Assembly: GCF_001194135.2 (NCBI RefSeq)
Contig: NC_068982.1
Span: forward strand, 44,048,377 to 44,106,307
Length of the DNA stretch: 57,931 bases
Direction: 5' to 3'
Origin: Octopus bimaculoides
Taxonomy: Eukaryota
Under the pieces are notes generated by a model. That model was not told the origin of the DNA. It searched no databases and saw only the letters and a program-made list of their open reading frames with translations. Positions 37,498 through 49,394 of the stretch are shown piece by piece (position 1 is the first letter of the stretch; each line of letters begins with the position of its first letter). Both the position numbers and the translations under genes were made by a program.

Positions 37498-38030
37498 ACA
37501 GTTGTGGAAATTAGCTGCCCAGCGGATGTTAACATAAAGCTGAAGATCAGTGAAAAAGAGAACTCCTATGCTGAACTATTGAGAAATCTGCAGTTACTCC
37601 ATCCAGATTACAAGTTCAGGTATATACCTGTAATTATTGGGGCCCCAGGATATGTAACACACTGCCTAAATATCAATCTTGAGAAATTAGGCTACTCAAA
37701 ACCAGAAAGGAACTGTAAAAATCTGTAAAACTTTCCAGAAGTTTATCATTTAAATATATATGAGCATATCTAGATATGCAACTATGCACATAAGAATACC
37801 TACATAAAACATACAATTCTGTACATACGTACATATGTATGTACGTACATATGTATGTACGTACATATATACATACATACGTACATACATACATACATAC
37901 AAACAAACAAAAATACCCTGTTGTTGATGTTGAAATTCCAATGAATGAGGCTTGGATCTAGGTTAAAAACCGGTTCTTTCTCTATTGGCAAGAAATCTTG
38001 AAATAAACTGAATAATGACATACATACATA
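37498..38030 (+). mobile_element. REL-type (R4/Dong/NeSL-like) retroelement 3' end (copy B)
   Basis: VVEISCPADVNIKLKISEKENSYAELLRNLQLLHPDYKFRYIPVIIGAPGY (E.S.P.D.N...K..EK...Y..L and IPV.IGA.G REL motifs), then a 3' UTR ending in (CATA)n. Confidence 0.75.
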
Positions 38031-38624
38031 CATATTTGAGCCAAAAGTCACAAAGTATAAAGGTGTAGTTGGTGCAACAGCCGAAGCCAGCAGATTATGC
38101 TGACAGCTTGGAATTAATATGGATTTGAATAGGTTATTGAATTAACACGGTTTGAGTCTAGCCTTGATTAGAAAACGTTAATATTTTCAAATGTTGAGTA
38201 ACGTATTCTTCTGCTGTGTTTCTCTAGTTTCTTCAAACAAAAGGGGCGAGGTCCATGGTTATGTTTTGATAAATGGGGTGTCACTGCAGGCTTTATGTTT
38301 CTGGGTCGTGACCGTGTTGCACCACTCCACCAAAAATGCAATATGTAATCTAACCTCAGTAACTATGGTGGGCAGAAAGACTGATGACATATGCATGCAA
38401 AACACTTTTAATGGAGGAGATAAACATGCTAAAAGTGACACTAGGCTAGCCTTTTAGCATTTAAACTGATTATATGCAACCCAAATATTCTGCCTGTTTT
38501 AGGTTCAAACTGGCCAGATTCAGCCTTTCACACCAATACTACAATGTTATTCTAAAATAAACCATTGTGTCATTGAAATCTTGAAGCTACAAGATAATGC
38601 ATGATTACTTCAAAACAATCCTTT

Positions 38625-38805
38625 CTACTAAAGGCACAAGGTCTGAAATTTTGGGGAAGGGGACTAGTCGATTACATTGACTAATTCATCGACCCCGAAA
38701 GGATGAAAAGTAAAGTCGACCTAGGCGGAATTTGAATTCAGAAAGTAAAAACAGATGAAATGCCACTAAGCATTTTCCAGCATCTTAACGATTCTGCCAA
38801 TCCGT
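38625..38805 (-). mobile_element. SINE with TTTCATCCTTTCGGGGTC central domain
   Basis: ATCGACCCCGAAAGGATGAAA...GGCGGAATTTGAATTCAGAA. Further fragments at ~32760-32870, 53165-53360, 54620-54860 and 54930-55146. Confidence 0.75.
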
Positions 38806-38973
38806 TTATATGTATGTATGCGCCTATCTATCTATCTATCTATCAAAACACACTCACATACATATATATATATATATTATAAAAATATATATAAGGATAT
38901 TATTGTTTACAATAATATCAAGTGGCATAACATGCGTAAAAAAATACCACACAGTAAAAAATTTATCAATTAA

Positions 38974-39193
38974 TAATTAAGAGTGCTACAAATAGCACCA
39001 GCACGCTAAAAATAGCAATCAGAAGACTACTACAATCACAGATTTTCACTGATACAGATTAATTGAAATTGGGGGAATGAGTAGAAATTCTAAGCCCCCA
39101 TATCAATAACAAAATGTGTATCAGTGAAAATTTGTGGTTGTAGTCATCTTCTGATTTACTATTTTTAGTGTGCTGGTGCTATTCATAGCACCC

Positions 39194-39200
<7 letters not shown>
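38974..39200. repeat. Foldback, ~83-bp arms, partly paired spacer
   Basis: 38974-39056 is the reverse complement of 39117-39200 (TAATTAAGAGTGCTAC...CACTGATACA / TGTATCAGTG...GCACCCTTAATTA), followed by (TA)n. Confidence 0.88.
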
Positions 39201-39234
<34 letters not shown>

Positions 39235-39235
<1 letters not shown>

Positions 39236-39398
39236 TCATCATCGTTTAATGTCCGCTTTCCATGCTAGCATGGGTTGGACGATTTGACTGAGGATTGGCG
39301 AACCAGAAGGCTGCACCAGGCTCCAATCTGAATCTGGCAGAGTTTCTACAGCTGGATGCCCTTCCTAACGCCAACCACTCCGAGAGTGTAGTGGGTGC
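39235..39398 (-). mobile_element. RTE-type tail fragment
   Basis: CATCATCATCGTTTAATGTCCGCTTTCCATGCTAGCATGGG...CCCTTCCTAACGCCAACCACTCC. Confidence 0.82.
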
Positions 39399-41228
39399 TA
39401 GTCTAGTTTTATATTTTTCAATGTTTCTTTTTTCTCTCAGTTTTTTAAACATGTTTCTTGCTGTTTGAAATAACACAATTCCTATTTCTCTCATCAAAGT
39501 TTCTAGACCTTCGTAGTCTCATTTTCATCTTCACTGATGAGATATTGCCAGCATGTTTGTTGTCACTTCACAATAGGCAAAGCCAATGTGATTGATTCAG
39601 ACATAAACACTAGGATTTTAGGAGATGAGGAATTATTTACATTATTCACATTCATATATATGAATGCTGCAATTGGTTCAAAACCTACAAATGTCTTGCA
39701 AACAACTCACACATGCAAGTGCTACCAGTCGAGAACTCCGCATACCGGAAGCCAGCAAGTGTATAGGGTCATCAGGAGAGAATGTGCGCTGTTTCAGGGC
39801 CTACCTCTCGACGGCATCAATGCGCACTGGCCCCACTCATTGATATGAGGCCCCGCTTGCTAGATCAACTGGTTATTAAAAACAAAGCTCAATATTTACT
39901 TGTTTGAATTTTGTTTAATATTCAATATTTCCACACACACACATTCATTTTCATTTTCCACAGTGGTGCTTATGCTTAATTAGGTAGCACTGGCGATATT
40001 CCAAATATAGGTTCAAATAACAGCTTATGAACGGTGGCAAGTTCGTTACTTTCCTTACCAACTGGAAACAGGATTTCACATTCGAGCCTTTCAGGAAACT
40101 CAGAGTGTTGTATGCAAGTGTTGCATGCTTTTATTCTAAAGGAAGTATCTATCTATCTATCTATTTTATCTTATCTTATATTATATATATATATAGTTAG
40201 AGAGGGAGAGAGGAGGTAGATATGGGTGCATATCCTACAAAGTATGCCTGTAATACAATATATTACATCTATCCTCCTCTTCTCAGAAACATATATATTG
40301 ATGGATACTTAGTTAGACAGGCATAAGATATAATGTAGATACACAAACAATTAGACTGACAAACATTGTACATAAATTCAAAATAATGCTGACAGACATA
40401 CAACGACTAACAGAAAGGACAAAATACAGACAAGGATATATCACTATCATCATTATCATCGTCTAATGTCTGCCTTGCATGCTGGTATGGGTTGGACGGT
40501 TTGATAGGACAGAGAGAGAGAGAGAGAGATTGACTGGTTGATAGACAGACAGATAGGTGGAAGACAAATAAATAGCCAAAGAGACTTGAAAACAGACATA
40601 CTTATTTGCAGAATAATATGTACATGCATAGACTTCTATATTTGCCTTTTAATTTTCAACTAAGAATTTAAAAATATACAAATAAATAAATAAAGACACT
40701 TCTTACTAGCTACTATTAGTGAAAAAAAAAATTCTTTAATGTTTAAATTGAAATCGTATGAAATCAATGAATTAATGAATTATGTTCTCCCCGTTGAAGT
40801 GAAAAAACAAAAAAAAAGAAAGAAGAGAAAGAAAGGAAGAAAAAAGAAAGAAGGAAAGAGGAAAGGAAGGAAAGAAAGAAAAAATGAATGAATACGTTAA
40901 AAAAAAATTTTCCACCAAGATGCCTCTCTGAGAGATTTTGGTTTCGCGGAGTCTCATGGAGGGAATGTTAAAAATAAAAATATAAATATAAAAATAAAGA
41001 AAACTAAAATAAACAAATAAAATACAAGAAAAAAAATGAAAATAAAAAGAAATACAAGCTAAAGATAAATTGCTCAGAACTTTCCCACCATCCTCTGAAA
41101 ATGTTTCTCTATTTCTTGCCAAAGATCTTTCTTTCAGGGTTGTTGTTTGTTTTTATTTTTACTTCTTTAAATGCGTGTTTGCTTTTCTTTTTCTTCCTTT
41201 CTTTTTCATTTTATTTTCTTTCACTATA

Positions 41229-41259
<31 letters not shown>

Positions 41260-41601
41260 TTTAATGGTGAAATGCGATAGTGCCACACCTCATCCTGAAA
41301 CTGGCTAATCCATTTATCTGGCAATCTAACACTGTGAATTAAGTGTATCTAAATCTTTCTTAATGGCTAATCAGACTAAAAGCCTTCCCTATAGCACAAG
41401 TGGAAGCAAATATTGGTCATTATTGCTGTTGTCGTCATTGTTTAGTTCCAGGTCAGCACTGATCAAACAGACCTACGATCAAAACGATTCCATGTATGAC
41501 CATCACCATTTTGCTCTTTCAGACAGAGCATCTGGGACTACAGTTACTAAAATACTCTACCTTCCATTTTTTTTTCTTTTTAATTAGTATGGTGTGTTAT
41601 A

Positions 41602-41988
41602 GTGGAGGCGCAATGGCCCAGTGGTTAGGGCAGCGGACTCGCGGTCATAGGATCGCGGTTTCGATTCCCAGACCAGGCGTTGTGGGTGTTTATTGAGCAA
41701 AAACACCTAAAGCTCCATGAGGCTCCGGCAGGGGATGGTGGCGAACCTTGCTGTACTCTATCGCCACAACTTTCTCTCACTCTTACTTCCTGTTTCTGTT
41801 GTGCCTGTAATTCAAAGGGCCAGCCTTGTCACACTCTGTGTCACGCTGAATCTCCCCAAGAACTAGGTTAAGGGTACACGTGTCTGTGGAGTGCTCAGCC
41901 ACTTGCACGTTAATTTCACGAGCAGGCTGTTCCGTTGATTGGATCAACTGGAACCCTCGACGTCGTAAGCGACGGAGTGCCAACAACA
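41602..41988 (+). mobile_element. Full-length tRNA-headed SINE
   Basis: A/B boxes, (AAC)n tail, and a 10-bp TSD GTGTGTTATA at 41592-41601 and 41989-41998. Near-identical to 13793-14346. Confidence 0.92.
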
Positions 41989-42192
41989 GTGTGTTATAAG
42001 GGATTTGATTGGATTGGGTCACCTATGTTCAGTCTATAGCAGGACAAAGGGCCTCAGCATGTTCTCTCCACCAAACCACAGTCTGATGCGGAGTCTGTGA
42101 ATTTGAGCTTGAGATGATACTGGTTTGCTAAGTCTACTCTGTCACACTGACTCAACATGGCTGCTATGTGTGTGCATGTGTGCATGTGTGCT

Positions 42193-42242
<50 letters not shown>

Positions 42243-42516
42243 CCAATGCATGAAACTCTTGGACCTTGAGTCACTCTGTTACTTCTGCTAAATATTAATG
42301 AAAATATACATAGACTCATATTTTTAGTTTTAGTTTCCTTGTTTGCGCCAACATACCGATATATGTTTGTATATATGGGTAGTATAGTTTGCATGTAGCA
42401 TTATCATCACCATCATCATCATCATCATCATTTAGTGTCCGTTGTCCATGCTAGCATTAGTTGGACAGTTTGATCAGGGCTGAAAAACTGAATGACTGCA
42501 GGTTGTACTGTTACCT

Positions 42517-42670
42517 TGTATTTCAATATTTCAGGCTTAGAAGCCCTTCTTCAGAAAATCTTTGGGGATATGATGTCATGAGAGCTGATTTTTCTGCTCT
42601 GTACACACACTACAGAGCAGAGAAGTCAGCTCACAACACCATACTTCTAAAGATATGGTATTGAAATACA
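42517..42670. repeat. Foldback element with asymmetric hammerhead-like insert
   Basis: Outer TGTATTTCAATA / TATTGAAATACA; inner ~22-bp hairpin 42582-42632 with a CACACAC loop. Confidence 0.8.
42520..42559 (-). ncRNA. Degenerate minimal hammerhead motif
   Basis: Minus strand AUUUU-CUGAAGA-AGG(G)C-UUCUAA-GCCU-GAA-AU-AU-U-GAAAU. Core intact and helix I 5 bp (one G-U), but helix III is only 2 bp. Confidence 0.4.
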
Positions 42671-44979
42671 CAGCAAAAGTACAAACTATTGACTTGTATT
42701 ATTTCTTATAACTCACATTTTTCTGGCTTTAAAAATATATCAAAGTGTGTGTGCGTAAAAAATGATTGGGTAGGTCTATGCATGAATGCATGTGTGTGTG
42801 TGTGTGTCACTCAATCTAAGATATGTGTGCAGTACTGTAACATAGAACATGCATCAGCTTCGTAAACTGTCATTAACTAATCAGTTCTGAAGAATATCAT
42901 GACTCTGAAGATGGAACTAAACTTTTAAGATGTGATTTTGAAATATTATAAATGATCACCAGCAAGTGTAATATCATTTGTAGCATGTTTGAGAGTTTGA
43001 ATTCTGTGCCGTTCATTAGTAAGGAGGTGCTAGTTTGGCTCTCTTTAGTATATGGTATAACTATGTCATTGTACAGGAGAAAACTATCTTCTTGTGTCCC
43101 CTATAACAATAGAATTTTCATGTTTGTAATTGAACTTAAGCTTCAGTTCTTTAGGACACATTTGGGACAGAACATGTCTATGTTAAGTATTTCAGGTAGT
43201 CAGATCTTTGAATAAATCATCATCATCATTCATATACTGCTATGGGTTGAATAGTTCTATAGAATCTGATGGGCCCAAGGACTGCATCATGCTTTAATGT
43301 CTGTTTTGGCAAGGTTTCTTTGACTGGATGTCCTTCCTAATGCCAACCACTTTACAGAAGGTACTGGGGGTACTTTGTTTATGTCACCATGAATGAAGCA
43401 GTCCCATGGTTTGAATAAAATCACAATAAAATCCTTATTGAATATAGATTTGTTTTAATGGATTAGTTACTATAGCTACAACATGTGATGTCTGATGAAG
43501 AATCTGTTGTCATTCTACTCTTTTTACAGCACCAACATAGGCAAATTTGTTCTTGTCAAGTTCCAAGCTACATGTCACACAAGTTGTCGACATGGGAAAT
43601 GAAATAGTGAGCTGGTATCAATTTTCATTATCTGGTTCATGATTTTACCTTGGTTAATGACCCAATGCAAACATTTAAAGTGACAAAATTCTATTTCTGT
43701 ATCACATGAGAAAATTTTGATCAGCTCCAGTTGACAAAATAAAAAATATCATTACAGATCAACATTAAGTCATCTACAAAAATGCTTTAACTTGACATTA
43801 GCTTGTTCTCACCAGGTGATCCAACCATATAAACCTGGCACATATTTAACAAGATCAAGTGCTAGGTTAAACAGCAGAAAAGAGAGTCTACCACTTTCTA
43901 GCATTGCTCCAGATAACCTTATTCAGCATGTGACAGCTATAGATGATTATTTTTTAGACAGGTTTTTGACTATACTTTAGTGAATCTTTCGATAATATCG
44001 ATTCCTTTCCATCCAGTCAGGCATGACCCATTCACTGAAACAACCCTCCCAATGAAGGTCAGAGTGGACATCAAAATGGTAATGGCTGTGATGGACATCT
44101 ACATTGAGTCTCTCAACTACTACGTTTTTGTTAGGCCCTCCCTCTCTTGTTACCCTGACATTTAACACTTACTCTCTTTCTCTCTCTTTCGTATTTAACG
44201 TACCACATCAACCTGCAAAATCAGAGATGGCATTGGATCTAGCTGCATGCAATCCAGCCTGTCTACTACATTTTCACTCTATCTCTCTTCCATCATGTCA
44301 CCTGTGCAATGAGGGAAGGCATCCAATTTACTGTCACCCTTCTTGACTGCTACCCATCATACTTCCTTAGTCACATCACTCTTTAGAGACAACCTCCGCC
44401 CACTCTTGCCATTGCCAATCACTACTGCTGTTCATCACTTGCTCTCCCTTACCATCACCCATCTTTCAATCCTTCTCACTCACACAGACACACACACAAA
44501 CACACACATGAATATTATTCCCCCTTCTGTCATTCTTTCTAAACATGCATCATTTTGTTAAAGCGGTCATGTCTGTCTTGAATGAATGGCAACAACACAA
44601 AACAAAGAGAAATTTTTAGTCTTGCATATGAGAAAACAACCTCTCATGTGCTGGTGCCACAATATAATGCACCTCATAGAGTGTTAAACAAAAGCTTCAG
44701 CATTGTAAAAACATTAAGGTGAGTTCCATACATAGATGTGAAAGTCCCAGTTGAGAAAACACGTTACCAGCACACAATGTTTCCTTGTGTCTGTGCATTA
44801 GAAATTTATAGTCTGTTTGGAACAATAAAGTTCTCAAATTCATCTTTCATTCCTCCTCTCTCCTTCCATATACATATGTGTGTGTGTATGTGCATATGTA
44901 TGTATGTGTGAACATGTGCATATATATGTATGTGTGTGTGTGTGTGCGTGTGTGTGAGAGAGAGCATATTTATGTATGT

Positions 44980-45590
44980 ATGTCATTATTCAATTTTATT
45001 TCAGGATTTCTTGCTAATAGAGAAAGAGCTAGTTTCTAATCTAGATCCAAGGCACCTTCACTGGAATTTCAACAACATCAACGAGGTACTTTTTGTATGT
45101 ATGTGTGTATATGTACAGCATTTGATGTCAGTGCATGTGTATCAGGACAATTACCCCGCTTGGTTAATTACCTCTTCTCCAATATATTAAGAAGTTCTAA
45201 ATCATCATCTGTTGTCCTCAAGCGTAATTGTCTTCGCAGGGTTATTGTCCATGGAGGGTAAATGCCCTAGACCCAGTGCATGTGCAGCATTGTAAGTTTT
45301 GTTTTCTTTGTGTATTCTCATGCATATATTTGCATGTCTAGGCGTGCACATATATACTTAAATTGTATGTCATTATTCAGTTTATTTCAAGATTTCTTGC
45401 TAATAGAGAAAGAACCGGTTCCTAGCATAGATCCAAGGCTCCTTCATTGGAATTTCAACATCAACAACAGGGTATTTTTGTACGTATGTATGTATGTGCA
45501 GATTTGTATGTTTTATGTCTGTATTCTAATGTATAGTTGCATATCTAGATATGCTCATATATATTTAAATGATAAACTTCTGGAACATGC
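44980..45590 (-). mobile_element. Tandem 3'-UTR units of the REL-type element seen at 37-38 kb
   Basis: Two TATGTCATTATTCA.TTTATTTCA.GATTTCTTGCTAATAGAGAAAGA blocks (~44980-45095 and ~45366-45480), the reverse complement of 37910-38020. Confidence 0.75.
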
Positions 45591-46002
45591 TTTCATTTTT
45601 GTTTATAGAGTTAGGAAGAAGGTTAATTTTCGATTGTTTAATAAAGTTAATTCTTCCTATGTTCTACAAATGTTTAATAAAGTTACTTATTCCTATGTTC
45701 TACAAACGTTGCTTGTTGTCATAGTTGTTTCACAACAAAATGATTTAATTCTGGATGCAGATCGTCCCAATATGATTTCAATCAATTCATACAGCCAACA
45801 GCAGGGTTTTGTTTCACATTTTTGTAGCAGTTAAATAGATAGTTATTCAATTCATAACTCCAAGTGAAATGAGTTTTGTAGTTACGGTTTATTCTATAAC
45901 TAAGGCTAGAAAGTATTTGTTTACCTGTTGAGCTGTTGCTTTCATTCTGCTTCTCGACTGTGTTGTTGTTGATGTTGCGTTCATGCATGTATGTATGTAC
46001 GT

Positions 46003-46603
46003 ATGTCTACCGGCCAAGTATACATGTGGAGACAACCAAAAGAAGCATTTGACCCAGACTGCCTTCTTCCAACAGTTAAACATGGAGGATTTGTGGTGAT
46101 TTGGGGGGCTGTATCTTGGAAATCCGCCAGCCCAATGGCTTCCCTTCATGGAAAAATTAATAGTCAAGACTATTTAAGCATTTTATCTGATTAAATGCTA
46201 TGTTTGCGGAACAGTTTCCGGGAGGGAAATACAATCTTTCAGGATGATAATGCACCAATTCATACAGCTAAAGTTGTTACTGAATGGCACGAGGAACGTT
46301 CTACTGAAGTTGAACATCTTATCTGGCCACCACAGTCCCTAGATCTCAATATTATTGAACATTTATGGTGCATTTTAGAAAAACAATTAAGGAATTGATA
46401 TCCTCCACCATCATCACTACAATAACGGGAGACTGTTTTAGCTGAACAACGGACAAAAATTCCTTTGGAAACAATTCAAACTTTGTACGAGTCCATACCA
46501 CATAGAATTCAAGCAGTAATTACTGGCAAAGGTAGTCCTACTCCATATTAAATTAAATTTGTTTGAAATTTTAAGGTATTTACATTATTTTGTTCAACCC
46601 CTG
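46003..46603 (+). mobile_element. 5'-truncated Tc1-like transposon with DD36E spacing and intact 3' TIR
   Basis: VYMWRQPKEAFDPDCLLPTVKHGG..VIWGA; FQDDNAPIH...WPPQSLDLNIIEHLW; RIQAVITGKGSPTPY* (stop 46549-46551). Ends in TACATTATTTTGTTCAACCCCTG followed by TA. Confidence 0.9.
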
Positions 46604-46648
<45 letters not shown>

Positions 46649-46767
46649 AGATAGATAGATAGTCAGATAGTCACACACACAGATAGATAGATAGTCAGAT
46701 TGTCACACACACAGATAAATATGTGTGTGTGTGTGTGTGTCTAAACATGCATTTATATATGTTTGTG

Positions 46768-46817
<50 letters not shown>

Positions 46818-47020
46818 GGTTATGAAGGGTAATGGAGTCAACCAGACCCTAATGATACAGGTAATACCGAGTAAGTGATGTATACCGACTAGTTTTGCCC
46901 CAGATGTGGTTGCAACAGGAATGGGGAATATAACATGGGTCATGTATTAGCAAGTGTATATATAAAAAGAATGAGATAAAGAGACCAATGGCATAGATAA
47001 ATTTACATTTTATGTAGAAC

Positions 47021-47069
47021 GTCTTACAGCTGTTTCAGGGAAAATTCAATGTATCCCTTCATCGGAGAC
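47021..47069 (-). ncRNA. Minimal type-I hammerhead motif (left arm)
   Basis: Minus strand GUCU-CCGAUGA-AGGG-14nt-CCCU-GAA-ACAG-CUGU-A-AGAC. Helices I, II and III are all paired, helix III is palindromic (ACAGCUGU), triplet GUA; core has C instead of U at position 4. Confidence 0.65.
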
Positions 47070-47291
47070 GGTAATAGTAGAAGATAAGGATTATTACATC
47101 TGTATGAGGAAATTTGCAGTAAGATAAGAGAGTGATGTGGAGAAGAAAAAGTACTTGGAGTATAGTTCCATTCCAAAAATAAATATGGATATTTACTTTT
47201 TCTTCTTTGTTTTTTCTTCTCCGCATCGCTCTCATTTCTTACTGCAAATCTCCTCATACAGATGTAATAATCCTTATCTTCTACTATTACC

Positions 47292-47340
47292 GTCTCCGAT
47301 GAAGGGATACATTGAATTTTCCCTGAAACAGTTGTAAGAC
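47292..47340 (+). ncRNA. Minimal type-I hammerhead motif (right arm)
   Basis: GUCU-CCGAUGA-AGGG-AUACAUUGAAUUUU-CCCU-GAA-ACAG-UUGU-A-AGAC. Same as the left arm except one G-U in helix III. Confidence 0.6.
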
Positions 47341-47395
47341 ATTCTACATAAAATATAAATTTATCTATGCCATTGGTCTCTTTATCTCACTCTTT

Positions 47396-47429
<34 letters not shown>

Positions 47430-47754
47430 TAGATAGACATAGATAGATAGATAGATAGTCAGATATCCACACTCACACACACACAAATATGTGTGTGTGT
47501 GTGTGTGTGTGTGTGTCTAAACATACATTTATATATGTTTGTGTATACACACACACACACACAGAGACACACACACAGAGACACACACACACATATATAT
47601 ATATGTCGTAAGAAGCTTGCTTCCCAACCACATGGTTCTGGGTTCTGTCCCACTGCATGGTACCTTGGGCAAGTGTCTTCTACTATAGCCTTAAGCCAAC
47701 CAAAGCCTTGGGAGTAGATTTGGTAGATGGAAACAGATTAGATATATATATATA

Positions 47755-48890
47755 TGTAGTGAAACTACCTCCCGCCATTAGATACAAACTACTATCGCCA
47801 TTACATACAATCTTCTCATTTAAATATAAATAAATGCGAGCGTAGTAGAGAACCCATTCCTTGTCCATCACGTGACTGATCATTATTCGAATCGGCAACT
47901 TCTTCGAACCGTTCCCGCCAGAACGCAAACTGACCAATCACGGCCCCTAATAAGGTCACGTGATAGAGTAAAATTCTGAAGCCTTCGGGAGCCCATAGTT
48001 TGTTATAAATAGCTTTAACTCATACCCAACAATTTGTCACACGACAGCAGCAGCAGCCAGCGACCATTTCAGCAGCTTCGTCCAGCCACGATGACCTCCG
48101 CCGTCGCCATATCAGCAACAAGAGTCTACGACTACTAACCAGCACCTACCAAGCAGCTTCTACGCTACCAGCGTCAACACGATTTACTATGTACACCACA
48201 CCAAACTCCGCGGCACATCTCTCTCTTCGATTCTGTTAGGTGACTCAGCTTCACCACGGTAAATAAACAGACAAGAGTTCTTAAACAGATAAGAAATTCT
48301 CAGCCAGCGACGAACATCTGTATAACAAGAATCACGGCCCGGCATCGATGCCACGACATCACAACTNNNNNNNNNNNNNNNNNNNNNNNNNNNNNNNNNN
48401 NNNNNNNNNNNNNNNNNNNNNNNNNNNNNNNNNNNNNNNNNNNNNNNNNNNNNNNNNNNNNNNNNNNNNNNNNNNNNNNNNNNNNNNNNNNNNNNNNNNN
48501 NNATAGTGTACTAACGATCTGGTATAATTGCTCACGTGTTATTGACTCTCTTTCTATCTGCTGTAATAACTCACACATGTATCACTCACATACACACTTT
48601 TCTTTGTATGACGGCCTGTCTTTGATTATGTTCTTATATGTCGCATTCACACTCTCACACAGACATACATCTTTAACGCTACAATAAATATCTCTGTTAT
48701 TCATCTTATACGGTTGTGGTCTTTCATTACTGGTCATCTATGTTATCGACGTATAACATATCATCATGTATATCATCTTTGATATATATTTGTATGTTCG
48801 ACCGTGTGACACGTTTAAATAAAAGGAGTCCTCTGTTTTTCCATTCGTCACCATATCTCCTTTTATGAGTTCGCACAGTCGTCCCTAACA
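47755..48890 (+). mobile_element. Probable solo LTR
   Basis: Begins TGTAGT and ends CTAACA (TG...CA) between TA repeats; relatively CpG-rich; TATA and AATAAA in U3-R-U5 order; contains an N gap at 48367-48502. Confidence 0.7.
47869..48011 (+). promoter_or_regulatory. LTR promoter cluster
   Basis: CACGTG at 47869 and 47957, CCAAT at 47934, TATAAATA at 48004. Downstream AATAAA at 48683 and 48818. Confidence 0.5.
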
Positions 48891-49144
48891 TATATATATA
48901 TATGTACATATTTATCTGTGTGAGTCTTTGTGTCTATATTTATCCCTACCACCTTTGCTTGACAATCGATGTTGGTGTGTTTATGTCCCTGTAATTCAGC
49001 AGTTCAGAGACCGATAGAATAAGTGACATGCTGCCAAAGAGCAAATCCTGGAGTAGATTTCTTGGACTAAAAGGTGGTGCTCCAGCATGGCCACAGTCAA
49101 ATGACTGAAACAAGCAGAAGAATAAAAGAATATATATATGTCAT

Positions 49145-49394
49145 AGTTGTCATCATCAAGTAACGTCCATTTGCCATGCTGGCATGGGTTGGACGGTTTG
49201 ACTGAGGTCTGGAGAGCCAGCAGCTGCACCAGGCTCCAATCTGGTCTGGCAGAGTTTCTACAGCTGGATGCCCTTCCTAACGCCAACCACTCCAAGAGTG
49301 TAGTGGGTACTATTTATGTGCCACCGGCACAGGAGCCACTAAGACGGGCCTGGCAATGATCACGTTTGGATGATGCGTTTTACGTGCCACTGGT
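49145..49394 (-). mobile_element. RTE-tailed retroposon fragment running into a gap
   Basis: CAGCTGGATGCCCTTCCTAACGCCAACCACTCC...GTGCCACCGGCAC block. Confidence 0.8.

Larger units (their letters stand above)
46957..47405. repeat. Large foldback, ~197-bp arms, ~40-nt spacer, TA-flanked
   Basis: 46957-47153 is the reverse complement of ~47194-47405 with few mismatches and a short extra T/C-rich segment in the right arm. Confidence 0.93.
47605..49130 (+). mobile_element. SINE family A split by an LTR insertion
   Basis: Head at ~47605-47740 and tail at ~48905-49130 are collinear with the family consensus seen at other copies. The LTR lies in its central (TA)n tract. Confidence 0.78.

Noticed and set aside
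43980-44520. Possible RTE C-terminal remnant on the minus strand
   Set aside because: Only vague similarity; no motif could be read with confidence.
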